This document shows positions 20,992-30,273 of a stretch of 64,000 nucleotides of DNA, one piece after another; the first letter of the stretch is position 1, and each line of letters opens with the position of its first letter. A model generated the notes under the pieces. It made no database searches and was not told the origin of the DNA. It saw only the letters and a list, made by a program, of their open reading frames with translations. This DNA is from a virus. The DNA lies in IMG/VR virus record IMGVR_UViG_3300024346_000008, positions 32,001 to 96,000 of that record. The stretch is one strand, 5' to 3'. The position numbers and the translations under genes are program-made.

Positions 20992-22316
20992 TATTCAACC
21001 TTATTGAGTTTAGGGAGTTCAACCTTCTTCAGTTTAGGTAACGTTAACGCAACTTGTTTTGGAAACTCTGGAACATATTTGTCCAATAATTCCCACGTTC
21101 TTTTTTGAATACTTTCATACGAGAACTGCTTACGATTTCTATCCGCAGTAGCATACGCTTTATTCTTAAAAGTGGTATAATCCATGAATACTGCACCCAT
21201 TGCGTTTACACATTGCTGCGGGTCTGCGGCAAACCATTGTGATTCTGCCATAATCACATTTTCCCACACAGAACTAGGATGAACGTTCTTTAGTTCTCCG
21301 CCCACCAATACCGCCTCATCTTGTCGTAGGAAGTCCATATGACCGCTCCAACCACTTGCAATCACAGGTTTACCACTGACACTTGCTTCCAAGAGTGGAC
21401 GACCAAATCCTTCACCCTTTGTAAAACTTACATGTGCCTTAACCTTCGGATGATTATACAACGTATTCATTTCCTTTTCCGTCAATTCACCATGTAGTAA
21501 GTATACATTCGGAAGTTTCTGTGTACCGGTTAACGTAACAGAATCCTTTAACTGTTGAATTTTGGTAAGAATTTCTTCACGGTCTAAGATAGAAAATCCT
21601 GCACTACTGGTCTTAAGAATAAGAGCGGGTAATGGACGGTCTGTAATTTGCTTGAATGTTTCCAAGAACAGTTTAATCAATACCCCTACATTCTTTCTAT
21701 CTTCGCCGTACTCACCACGGAGCCAATGTCCAACGAACGCAAAGCAGAATGCCTCTGGGATACTGTCTAACGTCTTTGTAAATTCGTTATCTGTAGGTGC
21801 TTTTTTTCCAAAGATATTCGTATCAATACAATTGTGTAGTACCTCAATCGGTTTTGATAGTTGCATCGTTCCTTGTTGTCCCTGCTGAGTTTGGTAATTA
21901 TATTTACTATTTTCAAATACATTCTTGGAATGTTCGGAAATTGTAAAGATTGTATTCATACGATTACATCCTTCAATCCACTGAGGCGATGCTGCCGTCG
22001 TTTCAATACCTGCTGTAATACCAATGTTATACTTTCCAATCGGTTCAAATTCATTGGGAACCGTAATAGAAACAAACAATTCTGGTTGTTTGTTAATATT
22101 GGAACGAATAATTCTATCAAGAATCATTTTATCCTTTGGGTCATTTTCATCCAAGGCATTCATGGGCGTATCACCCCAATTCACGCTATGAACTTTTACG
22201 TCAAATTTATCATATTCAATAAGATGCCGAATAATATCTCGGCTCATATCCCCGTACCCCGAGCGGGTTGCACAGGGAGCACGAACTACACATAGTGGTT
22301 TAATTTCAGTTGTCAT
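20991..22316 (-). CDS. GT4 (GT-B) glycosyltransferase
   Basis: TRSGYG, DRKN, KGEGFGRPLLEA, PVIASGWSGH. Confidence 0.88.
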   Translation of the reverse strand: MTTEIKPLCVVRAPCATRSGYGDMSRDIIRHLIEYDKFDVKVHSVNWGDTPMNALDENDPKDKMILDRIIRSNINKQPELFVSITVPNEFEPIGKYNIGITAGIETTAASPQWIEGCNRMNTIFTISEHSKNVFENSKYNYQTQQGQQGTMQLSKPIEVLHNCIDTNIFGKKAPTDNEFTKTLDSIPEAFCFAFVGHWLRGEYGEDRKNVGVLIKLFLETFKQITDRPLPALILKTSSAGFSILDREEILTKIQQLKDSVTLTGTQKLPNVYLLHGELTEKEMNTLYNHPKVKAHVSFTKGEGFGRPLLEASVSGKPVIASGWSGHMDFLRQDEAVLVGGELKNVHPSSVWENVIMAESQWFAADPQQCVNAMGAVFMDYTTFKNKAYATADRNRKQFSYESIQKRTWELLDKYVPEFPKQVALTLPKLKKVELPKLNKVE

Positions 22317-22320
22317 AATA

Positions 22321-23724
22321 TTACGCCTTCACTAAAGTATAACGTTCCCGTGGAGTAAAATTCTCCAACGTGGTATTAATATGTTCTACAAATAACTCTC
22401 CCATCTTTTCTGCCGTCATCATACCCGGACCCATTGCATATTCACGGCCTGACATACCTCGACGTTTCCGTTCTTTGCGTGTCATGTTGTATAGTTCAAG
22501 AATTTGATTGCCCGCATCTTTCCAATCACAACGGTCATCAAAGATGTATGGAGTCAACGGACTTCCTTGCAATGCTCTTGACGTTGGGAATACAGGGAAC
22601 GCCCATTCACCATGATTACGGAATCGTCCGTCATGATTACTGCCCCACTCAAACGTGAAGTCTTTTTCTGGGTCGAGGTATTCACCGTCATCATTCGTAA
22701 ACCCACACTGGTCTTGCAACCCACCTGTAACGTTCACAACGATAGGCGTTCCTGCCAACATACTTTCACATGTACCCAATCCAAATCCTTCGTTACTTGC
22801 AAGGTTAATTGTTACGTCTGCAATGTTATACAATGCGTTCAAAACACTTGCATCAACTTGCTGATTACTGAAAATTGCCTTAACATTTGGTACCACATCA
22901 CGGATGACTACAGGTAAATCTGTTCCGTTTTCATCTACTGGTGCGGTATGCATTACGATACGGCAGCGGTCTGCCTTTTCCTTTGGAAGTTGTGACAAGA
23001 AATGGTCATAAGCAAGTAATACATCTGAAGTCATCTTACGACGAAGATTGCGTGCGTTGTAGAACACCACGAAATCGACTTCTTGATTGTTCATAATCCC
23101 TTCTTTAACCGACTTCAGTAACGTCTGTCCTTCGGTATTATCGGCTGTAATAGGATAGAACTTCTTCACATGATCGATGCCGTGCGGGAGATACGTAATC
23201 GTTTTATCACGTGCGTCGGTGCCCAACACTTGCTTCACAATGTTATACGTTTGCTTACTAATACAAAACAATCCGTCATCAGACTTATAGAAATTCTTAT
23301 TGTACTTGGGGTACGGCAAATCATCCCAAATAGTATAGAACAACATAGGAATCTTCTGACGAATTTCATGTTCAATCTGGTACAACCAAATCCAATATCG
23401 AGGATCTGTGAAGTGGAGAATGGCATCGGGCTTTTCCATTTCCAATAATTGCCGAACGACCATACTATTACCATATCCGTTCTGTGGGTAGATACGGACT
23501 GATGGGTCAGTAACGCCCGTAACATTTGCTACGTCGGTACTAATGTCAATTTGCTTTCCTGCTTCTGGGTGGTTCACTGCGGCACCCACTTGAATCCAAT
23601 TAAAAATGCCACAGGTTTGTTCTACAATTTCTCTGGACATGACGCCAATGCCCGAATGTACTCGGATGTCATCGGACATTAACATAATTTTCTTACGTTG
23701 TTCTTTTGGTAACCATTGTTTCAT
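22321..23724 (-). CDS. GT4 (GT-B) glycosyltransferase
   Basis: HSGIG, RNLRRK, SNEGFGL..CES, VTGGLQDQ. Confidence 0.88.
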   Translation of the reverse strand: MKQWLPKEQRKKIMLMSDDIRVHSGIGVMSREIVEQTCGIFNWIQVGAAVNHPEAGKQIDISTDVANVTGVTDPSVRIYPQNGYGNSMVVRQLLEMEKPDAILHFTDPRYWIWLYQIEHEIRQKIPMLFYTIWDDLPYPKYNKNFYKSDDGLFCISKQTYNIVKQVLGTDARDKTITYLPHGIDHVKKFYPITADNTEGQTLLKSVKEGIMNNQEVDFVVFYNARNLRRKMTSDVLLAYDHFLSQLPKEKADRCRIVMHTAPVDENGTDLPVVIRDVVPNVKAIFSNQQVDASVLNALYNIADVTINLASNEGFGLGTCESMLAGTPIVVNVTGGLQDQCGFTNDDGEYLDPEKDFTFEWGSNHDGRFRNHGEWAFPVFPTSRALQGSPLTPYIFDDRCDWKDAGNQILELYNMTRKERKRRGMSGREYAMGPGMMTAEKMGELFVEHINTTLENFTPRERYTLVKA

Positions 23725-23738
23725 TTATAAATCCTCTT

Positions 23739-24041
23739 TTATGGTGCTGTTAAATTATACTGTGGAATGTTTGAATGTACATGCAGATAATTTTGACTAT
23801 CTGGAGCTTGTAGAGTTGGTTCATTTATTGTTTTAACGGTCTGAAGTAAATATTGTTGAACCCCTCTGGATACGCCATTAGAAATTGCATTTGCCAATCT
23901 GTTTGCAAATTGTCGCTGGGCCTCACATTGGTCAGTTGGTCCTTTGTAATCGAATCCACATCCGTAAAAATTTAATGCATTGAAAATTTCATTTTCTAAT
24001 TGTCCTACATTTAAAATATCACCTTTTAAAATAGTTGACAT
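23739..24041 (-). CDS. hypothetical protein
   Basis: 100 aa ORF in gene-dense run. Confidence 0.55.
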   Translation of the reverse strand: MSTILKGDILNVGQLENEIFNALNFYGCGFDYKGPTDQCEAQRQFANRLANAISNGVSRGVQQYLLQTVKTINEPTLQAPDSQNYLHVHSNIPQYNLTAP

Positions 24042-24052
24042 AATATTTCCCG

Positions 24053-24211
24053 TTAAACTGTTAAACTACCAGACATACTTGCAGAAATCATGCCCAGCCA
24101 ATAATTCTCTGTGAACGTGGAGGCTAACCATCCATGTTCTTTACAGAGTTTTCGGACATGTTCATTAATTTCTCTACGAATTTGTATGGTTGTATATTTT
24201 GATTTGTTCAT
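24053..24211 (-). CDS. small ribbon-helix-helix-like DNA-binding protein (52 aa)
   Basis: Hand-translated MNKSKYTTIQIRREINEHVRKLCKEHGW... Confidence 0.55.
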   Translation of the reverse strand: MNKSKYTTIQIRREINEHVRKLCKEHGWLASTFTENYWLGMISASMSGSLTV

Positions 24212-24273
24212 AATAATCTCGTTCTAGTGACTTCTATAGAATATATAGTATCCTACTTCACCAAACGTTCATT

Positions 24274-25302
24274 TTAAATGCCATCTGGAGTTTGTGACCA
24301 TGTAATTTTTAATCCACGATTATTTGAATCATACATACGTGCGCTAATATATCGGTTGAAGTCGTGATAATTAGCAAAGTTTCGAATCATACCATCATCA
24401 ATAACGGCAAATTTATTTACTTCACGTAAAATATCTACCTTATTAATAATCAAATCGGTTACTCCATTAATATGCATTGCCTTGATTACATTATCCAGAT
24501 TTGCCCAATTAACTTGACGGGGACGACCAGTAGTTGCGCCTACTTCCTGCCCAACCAATTGAATAGTCTTTAACACTTCATCGTCTTGGTTTGTAAAGTT
24601 TTTATTGTTCCCAACATACGTTTCATATGCCTTCATGACACCATATACTTTACGAATCTTATGCGGTGGAATGCCGTTCAAGCACACGGACCCAACTGTA
24701 CAGTGTGATGAGGTAACATACGGATATTCTCCCCAATCAATATCTAAATGAAATCCCTGTGCCCCTTCGCACAAAATATTATACTTGTCATCATGAACAA
24801 ACAAATAATCATAGATATCAATTACTTCAAACAAATGATGATATTGAGACATATCCATGTGACCGATAGGAATACCAATCCGATTATACTTATCACGATA
24901 CGCAGGACCAATACCTTGTCCAGTTGTTCCAATAATACTGTCTTGTGTATCCTCGTGGATATGTTGGTCTGTGACCACATGTGCTCGTTTATCAATCTTA
25001 ATCAAGCCTTTGGTATCAATACCAGCAGAGTTTAACGCACGAATTTCCTCAATTAATTTACTAACATTTACCACACACCCACGGCCAATAATGCTGGTAA
25101 TTCCATGAAGAACTCCAACAGGAACCTGATGTGTTACAATTACTTCACCGTTATGATATACGGTATGCCCTGCATTGCTGCCGCCATTATATCGCAATAC
25201 AATATCATAAAAACCAGATTTGGCAAGGTGATGGGCAATTTTCCCTTTTCCGGTATCGCCATACTGCAAATCTACGATAACATCTACACTTTGAATTCCC
25301 AT
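24274..25302 (-). CDS. purA: adenylosuccinate synthetase (short form)
   Basis: QYGDTGKG, GGSNAGHT, GTTGQGIGPAY, EGAQG, YPYVTSS, GATTGRPR, NKVD. Confidence 0.88.
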   Translation of the reverse strand: MGIQSVDVIVDLQYGDTGKGKIAHHLAKSGFYDIVLRYNGGSNAGHTVYHNGEVIVTHQVPVGVLHGITSIIGRGCVVNVSKLIEEIRALNSAGIDTKGLIKIDKRAHVVTDQHIHEDTQDSIIGTTGQGIGPAYRDKYNRIGIPIGHMDMSQYHHLFEVIDIYDYLFVHDDKYNILCEGAQGFHLDIDWGEYPYVTSSHCTVGSVCLNGIPPHKIRKVYGVMKAYETYVGNNKNFTNQDDEVLKTIQLVGQEVGATTGRPRQVNWANLDNVIKAMHINGVTDLIINKVDILREVNKFAVIDDGMIRNFANYHDFNRYISARMYDSNNRGLKITWSQTPDGI

Positions 25303-25303
25303 G

Positions 25304-25981
25304 TTATACCGCCAATAGTTCGTTAATATCCAAAATACGATACGTCATTCCCACTACTCTCTTATGCATATGACCGGAATATACATTCGGGGTTCCAATA
25401 GCATGCCAAATGTTTTCAATGATATCTTGATTGTGGTCATGCCAATCCAATCCTACACCGAATTGCAATTTTGCTCTAGGGTCAAAGTGTTCTTCAATAA
25501 CACTATGTGGAGGACAATGGGTAATAAACAAATCAATCTGTTTGTCCTTGGCATTATCCATCATACGCAATACTTCGTATGGACTGATATTTTCCTTTTC
25601 ATCCCAGTGCCATCCTTCCTGTAGTCGCATGTTCTTATCAATACTTCCCGCACCGCCCATGAAGGCAACTGTACGATTATCAATTTCCATGACCGTGCCA
25701 CGGGGAACATAATATAATGGAAGCTCTGGATATACCTGTGATACTTCCGTATATGTTGTCCAACGTGTACAGTCATCATGGTTACCATCAATAAAATACA
25801 CAGGACACTTTGACGAATATACTACATTTTTAAACTGCTCTTCACTGTTCATGCCAAATGAACGGAACAATCCAAAGTCACCAACTTGAATTAATGCCGC
25901 AGCACCAACCTCGTTAGCCTTATCAATGGCTCGTTGAAGAGTTCTATAATCGCCATGAATATCACCCAATAGTAAAATCAT
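25304..25981 (-). CDS. calcineurin-like metallophosphoesterase
   Basis: GDIHG, QVGD, DGNHD, THCP, GHMH. Confidence 0.9.
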   Translation of the reverse strand: MILLLGDIHGDYRTLQRAIDKANEVGAAALIQVGDFGLFRSFGMNSEEQFKNVVYSSKCPVYFIDGNHDDCTRWTTYTEVSQVYPELPLYYVPRGTVMEIDNRTVAFMGGAGSIDKNMRLQEGWHWDEKENISPYEVLRMMDNAKDKQIDLFITHCPPHSVIEEHFDPRAKLQFGVGLDWHDHNQDIIENIWHAIGTPNVYSGHMHKRVVGMTYRILDINELLAV

Positions 25982-25982
25982 A

Positions 25983-26321
25983 TCACCCACCTAAAAATGT
26001 TGACGACACCCAAATACCTAAATAACTACCAATTACACTTCCCAGTGCATATCCTGCCCACTGGTGAATTGCATCCGTGCTTTGTGCAATTTTCCGAATA
26101 ACAAAGAAACTCATAGACGCAATAAGAAAATCACTAAGAGCAGCCGTGTGATAATGTGCGTCAGCAACTGCACGATAATTTACACAGAGAATACTATACG
26201 ATGTAATTTGAATAAAGAACAATGTAAAGAATTCTTTAATTTTAATACTCGTAATATTTGCGGGAGTCAACATATTAAATTCCTTTGTCCACGAATCATC
26301 ATGAATTGCCATAAAACTCAC
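25983..26321 (-). CDS. small multi-TM membrane protein
   Basis: Three hydrophobic segments, GYALGSVIGSYLG. Confidence 0.6.
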   Translation of the reverse strand: MSFMAIHDDSWTKEFNMLTPANITSIKIKEFFTLFFIQITSYSILCVNYRAVADAHYHTAALSDFLIASMSFFVIRKIAQSTDAIHQWAGYALGSVIGSYLGIWVSSTFLGG

Positions 26322-26524
26322 CCATCCTTGTCTAATCCCTGTTCGTAAAAATATTGCGTAACGGCATGGTCAAAGGTTTTTTCAGCAAATGTCATTCCTA
26401 CCATCAATGCTTTAAATGCGTCAAATACTTCGTGCCCGTCGCTGTCTACTGGAAGTTCAATGCTAAGTTTTCTATTATAACTACTTGCAGTAAGCGTTAG
26501 CTTATCATATTTGTATTGCTGCAT
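26318..26524 (-). CDS. hypothetical protein
   Basis: ORF coupled to neighbours. Confidence 0.55.
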   Translation of the reverse strand: MQQYKYDKLTLTASSYNRKLSIELPVDSDGHEVFDAFKALMVGMTFAEKTFDHAVTQYFYEQGLDKDG

Positions 26525-26527
26525 GTT

Positions 26528-26800
26528 TTATACTTCCTCAGATATAGGCTTCAAGTTATTAATGAAGTCGTCGGCAACAATAACTTCTACATTGTTACTA
26601 CCGACTTCAACTCGGATTCCCACTGGAGTCTCACCAGAATCAACAATCTTTTGAAGAAAGTTTCCTAGCCCAACTGCCCGATAGAAATATCCACCACGAC
26701 CACCACCGGCATCATTTGCCCAAAATACATAATCTACACCAGTAGCTTCTGTAGTGTCTTCTGCTGTCATATCTTCCTCGCTTCCGTAAAATTCACTCAT
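26528..26800 (-). CDS. hypothetical protein
   Basis: AGGAG SD; first gene after promoter. Confidence 0.65.
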   Translation of the reverse strand: MSEFYGSEEDMTAEDTTEATGVDYVFWANDAGGGRGGYFYRAVGLGNFLQKIVDSGETPVGIRVEVGSNNVEVIVADDFINNLKPISEEV

Positions 26801-26814
26801 ATGTTCTCCTATTA

Positions 26815-26843
26815 AGTATAAACTATTGTACTGTATTTGTCAA
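26815..26843 (-). promoter_or_regulatory. sigma70-type promoter
   Basis: TTGACA-N17-TATACT. Confidence 0.75.
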
Positions 26844-26861
26844 GAGTCTTATTTGTATTTC

Positions 26862-27086
26862 CTAAGATTCTAAGATGTAAGCGTTCCATTCACCTTCTAC
26901 ATATTCTTTATTATATGGGTGTTTGTAATCATGTTTACCGTAATACCATTCTGTATTTACATCCAGCTTAATATTTGCTTTTGCTAACGAGGCAGGAAAA
27001 TCACATCCTCCTTCATACCCACTAATCACAATCATTTTATCTTGGTCTAACTCTTGGAGTTTTGTAATCAGTTCGCTAACTTTCAT
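26862..27086 (-). CDS. hypothetical phage protein
   Basis: MKVSELITKLQ...GYEGG; AGGAG SD. Confidence 0.65.
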   Translation of the reverse strand: MKVSELITKLQELDQDKMIVISGYEGGCDFPASLAKANIKLDVNTEWYYGKHDYKHPYNKEYVEGEWNAYILES

Positions 27087-27240
27087 GTGTATTCTCCTTT
27101 ATTTCACAAATGTAAAATCCTTCTTCGCCCAGCGACGGAGGAACAAAATGTCCTTCTCTAGTAAGAATTTCATTGCACTGTGGGCATGTTCTCTTACTCT
27201 CATGCCACCCGTCTTTTTTAGTATAGATTAATTTTTTCAT
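27076..27240 (-). CDS. small Zn-ribbon-like protein (54 aa)
   Basis: Hand-translated ...CPQCNEILTREGHFVPPSLGEEGFYIC... Confidence 0.5.
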   Translation of the reverse strand: MKKLIYTKKDGWHESKRTCPQCNEILTREGHFVPPSLGEEGFYICEIKENTHES

Positions 27241-27572
27241 TTAATATACGTGCTTCTCAGAAATGTCATTGCTGCCTCCAAATCTTTTTCGGAACAAATA
27301 TTATAAGGTTTACTCGCTGCTGAAATGTTTGTCTGAAGTAACGAATTGTTTGTTGAGTATAATTTACTGTGGATGTTCATCAATTCCCTTGCCATCATGT
27401 TGTATCCGTTGTTCAACTTATCTATTGCCGCAGATGTTTCTTCTTTATATACTTCAAAATTATTTTCCAGTATATCATAACTTTCTTGAAGATTATTCAA
27501 ATTAGTTTCAAGCGTTTCTATTACTTCTGTAAGATATTCTTCGTCTTCGTTAGTATGCATTGGTTTTTTCAT
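27237..27572 (-). CDS. hypothetical coiled-coil protein
   Basis: Heptad-rich; ATGA overlaps both ends. Confidence 0.55.
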   Translation of the reverse strand: MKKPMHTNEDEEYLTEVIETLETNLNNLQESYDILENNFEVYKEETSAAIDKLNNGYNMMARELMNIHSKLYSTNNSLLQTNISAASKPYNICSEKDLEAAMTFLRSTYIK

Positions 27573-28225
27573 TTTCGTGACGGTAAGTGTATGATTGTAT
27601 TGTTGTACATTGTTTGACAGGTATCACTCCACGATTCTCCGCTTTTAATAACTGATGCGAAGAACGCTACTGTTTTGCATAATTCTGTGCGCTCTTCTAC
27701 CAGTTCACGCAGTTGTCGTTCACCTGCTGCATCTAACCTTGTGCCTCGTGCGGCAGCAATTGTTTGTTCGGCGGACATTGCCTGCTCTTCGTAACGCCGT
27801 GCGTAAATGTCCGCGTTGCGTCGAGCATCATAGGCCGCATCCTTCCGCAGCGCATCGCGTTCGGCAACAACCTGTATGCGCTCATCATCAATCCTTTGCA
27901 GCTCTCTGACGGCGTCAGACCACAGCTTGTCTAGCGAGTCGCGCTGGGCGCGAACAGCTTCAAGCTCTTTCCGCATAGCTGCCCTGAATGCGTTGCCATC
28001 GCCGATATGTCGCGCTGCCTCTGCCAAGTCGAGCTTCGCACCATACAACTCCGCTTCCGCCGCCTCCAGCACCGCCGCCTGCGCGGGCGTGAGCAGCGTT
28101 TCGCGGGTGACGTGAAGAAGCCCGTCGCCAATCCACCTGTGCGTCCACCTTACTGCGGCCCGCTCTGTCGGGAATGCCGCTTGGACTTCATCCAGCGCAT
28201 CCCGCACCACCCACACCGCGCTCAC
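27569..28225 (-). CDS. hypothetical coiled-coil protein (GC-rich)
   Basis: Ala/Arg-rich, AERDALRKDAA. Confidence 0.6.
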   Translation of the reverse strand: MSAVWVVRDALDEVQAAFPTERAAVRWTHRWIGDGLLHVTRETLLTPAQAAVLEAAEAELYGAKLDLAEAARHIGDGNAFRAAMRKELEAVRAQRDSLDKLWSDAVRELQRIDDERIQVVAERDALRKDAAYDARRNADIYARRYEEQAMSAEQTIAAARGTRLDAAGERQLRELVEERTELCKTVAFFASVIKSGESWSDTCQTMYNNTIIHLPSRK

Positions 28226-28572
28226 GGCTGCACCTTTGATGCGCGTAGAGTCCGAACGGCGGCTTCTCGCGTTTTCTTTGCTGCGTGATATTTACGGAAT
28301 GCAGGTACGCTTTCTGGGTTGCCTATGCCGCAGTTGCTCCACGCCTCAAATGCTTCCGCTTCTTCAATACACGCGTCCAACAGAGCCAACGACTCAGGTG
28401 TTTCCGTTGCGGCGCGGATGAACAGAGGAACCACACGCTCCAGATCAGAGTGGCCCCACTTTTCGCGAAGCCTGAACTCAGCGTTGTCGCTCGTTGATAC
28501 ATCCACGATGCGGTTACTGGCAAGGTTCACTAAAGCCCACGCAACAGGCTTCGCAGCAATATCGGCACTCAC
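28222..28572 (-). CDS. hypothetical protein (GC-rich)
   Basis: KPVAW...VVPLF pattern of small phage accessory proteins. Confidence 0.55.
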   Translation of the reverse strand: MSADIAAKPVAWALVNLASNRIVDVSTSDNAEFRLREKWGHSDLERVVPLFIRAATETPESLALLDACIEEAEAFEAWSNCGIGNPESVPAFRKYHAAKKTREAAVRTLRASKVQP

Positions 28573-28901
28573 AACCCCTCCGTGGTCGGCTGCACCGGCA
28601 GCGCGGCGTCTATCATTACGCGCACGGCATGGTTACCATCGACGTGATCGTCACACGCCACGCACCAGTGCGTATGCTCGGAGCCGTCGCGCTCTTTCCC
28701 ACCCAACTCAATGCGTGCGAACTCCAGCACTTCACGCATAGCCGCCACATCCTTCAGCAGCGCATCACGTTCGGCGCGAAGATTGAATATCTCACGGGCC
28801 ATCGCAAAGAAGTCAGGTGCGATAAACCCCTCGTCTTCTGTCATGCTCTGTCCATAAAATTCTTGCACTATCTTTTCTACTGTATACTTTTCGTTTTTCA
28901 T
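28569..28901 (-). CDS. hypothetical protein (GC-rich 3' part)
   Basis: AERDALLKDVAA; CVAC; ATGA overlap. Confidence 0.55.
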   Translation of the reverse strand: MKNEKYTVEKIVQEFYGQSMTEDEGFIAPDFFAMAREIFNLRAERDALLKDVAAMREVLEFARIELGGKERDGSEHTHWCVACDDHVDGNHAVRVMIDAALPVQPTTEGL

Positions 28902-29248
28902 GAGCACCTCGCTCTGGTATCTTCCCATGTATCTTCAATATGCTGATATGTTTTACGCACTCTATTGACCGCATAGATATCATGATAACTGTTATTCAAC
29001 TCTTTTGCGGCTTCAACCAATGGAGTGATGCGTTCAATAAACTGAATGAGTGTATCTTCATCCTTATGAATTTGCTTGATAAGAGTTCGTTGTATATCAA
29101 GCATATGTTCTGCTTGAGCCAACTTACACTTGGTATCCGCAAGTTCTTCCTTCATCTTATGATATTCTTCCCACACACGGTCAATGTAATACTTGCTTGT
29201 TGGGTCTACATACCCTTGTGGGTTCATATATGGTTTACTTTCATTCAT
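28898..29248 (-). CDS. hypothetical coiled-coil protein
   Basis: ORF in coupled run. Confidence 0.55.
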   Translation of the reverse strand: MNESKPYMNPQGYVDPTSKYYIDRVWEEYHKMKEELADTKCKLAQAEHMLDIQRTLIKQIHKDEDTLIQFIERITPLVEAAKELNNSYHDIYAVNRVRKTYQHIEDTWEDTRARCS

Positions 29249-29249
29249 A

Positions 29250-29588
29250 TTAAATTAGATTAGTGTTAAACCCACGATTGTTCAGTTCTTCAATTAATCT
29301 CTTACTGGAGCACCCTTGCAGTAAATCAGAAAACCGCCGAAAATATTCAGCATTCAATTCTTCGTCTGTGACATTTTGCAGAATATCTTTATACTCTACA
29401 TCTTCATATGGTGCATTCTTCAATTCCATGAGAGGAATGAAATCATCGTCTGTGAGTCTTACTTCATACTTGGTATTATTTCCAGAAAATGTTATCAACT
29501 CGGCAAGGTTTCTGTGAGTAATATCACGAAGATGCCACATATTATTTTTGTAAGTTACGCCTTTATATTCTTTCAATTTCGTTATCAT
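29250..29588 (-). CDS. hypothetical protein
   Basis: ORF in coupled run. Confidence 0.55.
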   Translation of the reverse strand: MITKLKEYKGVTYKNNMWHLRDITHRNLAELITFSGNNTKYEVRLTDDDFIPLMELKNAPYEDVEYKDILQNVTDEELNAEYFRRFSDLLQGCSSKRLIEELNNRGFNTNLI

Positions 29589-29788
29589 AGTTCACCAAAC
29601 ACTTTATCTAATTGTTGATTGAGTTTATTATTTTCTTCTTCTTTCATGGCTCTGGGGGATTTATAGAATGGATTACCGGTCACAATCAATCCACTCACTT
29701 GAAATGTATATCCAAAGAACAATTTAATCAAGTCCCATTTGGAAAGAGTTAGTTCATCTGGATAAAATGCGGAGGTTCTATACTTCAT
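29585..29788 (-). CDS. hypothetical protein
   Basis: GGAG SD before MKYRTS. Confidence 0.5.
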   Translation of the reverse strand: MKYRTSAFYPDELTLSKWDLIKLFFGYTFQVSGLIVTGNPFYKSPRAMKEEENNKLNQQLDKVFGEL

Positions 29789-30098
29789 AACCAGCACTCC
29801 TATTCTGTTCGTCACCCTTTGCCAATATCTTTTCAAGACTAGTATCAATTATACTAAACAATTCATCTGCCAGTTGTTTACACTTATCATGTTCTTCTTG
29901 TGTCAACAAACCTTCCTCTAACATACTATTAATCATTCTCTTGTTCACCATTTCATTATGGTATTTACTAGCTTCCGAAACAAAGACTACCCATTCTCTT
30001 GGCATCCCATAGTATGTGTGTCCGTATATTCCACCGCCGTGGGGATTTTGGATTTCACCTTTCATAGATATACAATTAACTGACTTACCCTGCGTCAT
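29778..30098 (-). CDS. hypothetical protein
   Basis: AAGGAG SD before MTQGKS. Confidence 0.5.
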   Translation of the reverse strand: MTQGKSVNCISMKGEIQNPHGGGIYGHTYYGMPREWVVFVSEASKYHNEMVNKRMINSMLEEGLLTQEEHDKCKQLADELFSIIDTSLEKILAKGDEQNRSAGYEV

Positions 30099-30273
30099 AA
30101 ACAATTCTCCTTCGCTGTGTTTGTTCGTATACCATTTCTTCGTAGATTAACATATGCCCCTCGCATGTAGTAGTGACCCAATGATTAACTGATGCTCGTT
30201 CTAAACATATAGAACAATAAAGTTCGTTTTTTTCGTAATAATGTTTTAAGTATTCAAGTATACTAGTTGTCAT
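30085..30273 (-). CDS. small Cys/His Zn-finger-like protein
   Basis: CSIC...CEGH. Confidence 0.5.
   Translation of the reverse strand: MTTSILEYLKHYYEKNELYCSICLERASVNHWVTTTCEGHMLIYEEMVYEQTQRRRIVYDAG

Noticed and set aside
4241-23724. Bacterial O-antigen/capsule locus (host contamination)
   Set aside because: No export or polymerase genes, continuous strand and gene packing with phage genes, phage-type genes interspersed
24274-25302. PurZ / Z-genome system
   Set aside because: Catalytic Asp retained (GDTGKG, not GSTGKG), GTP-type NKVD, and no DatZ or MazZ in the window
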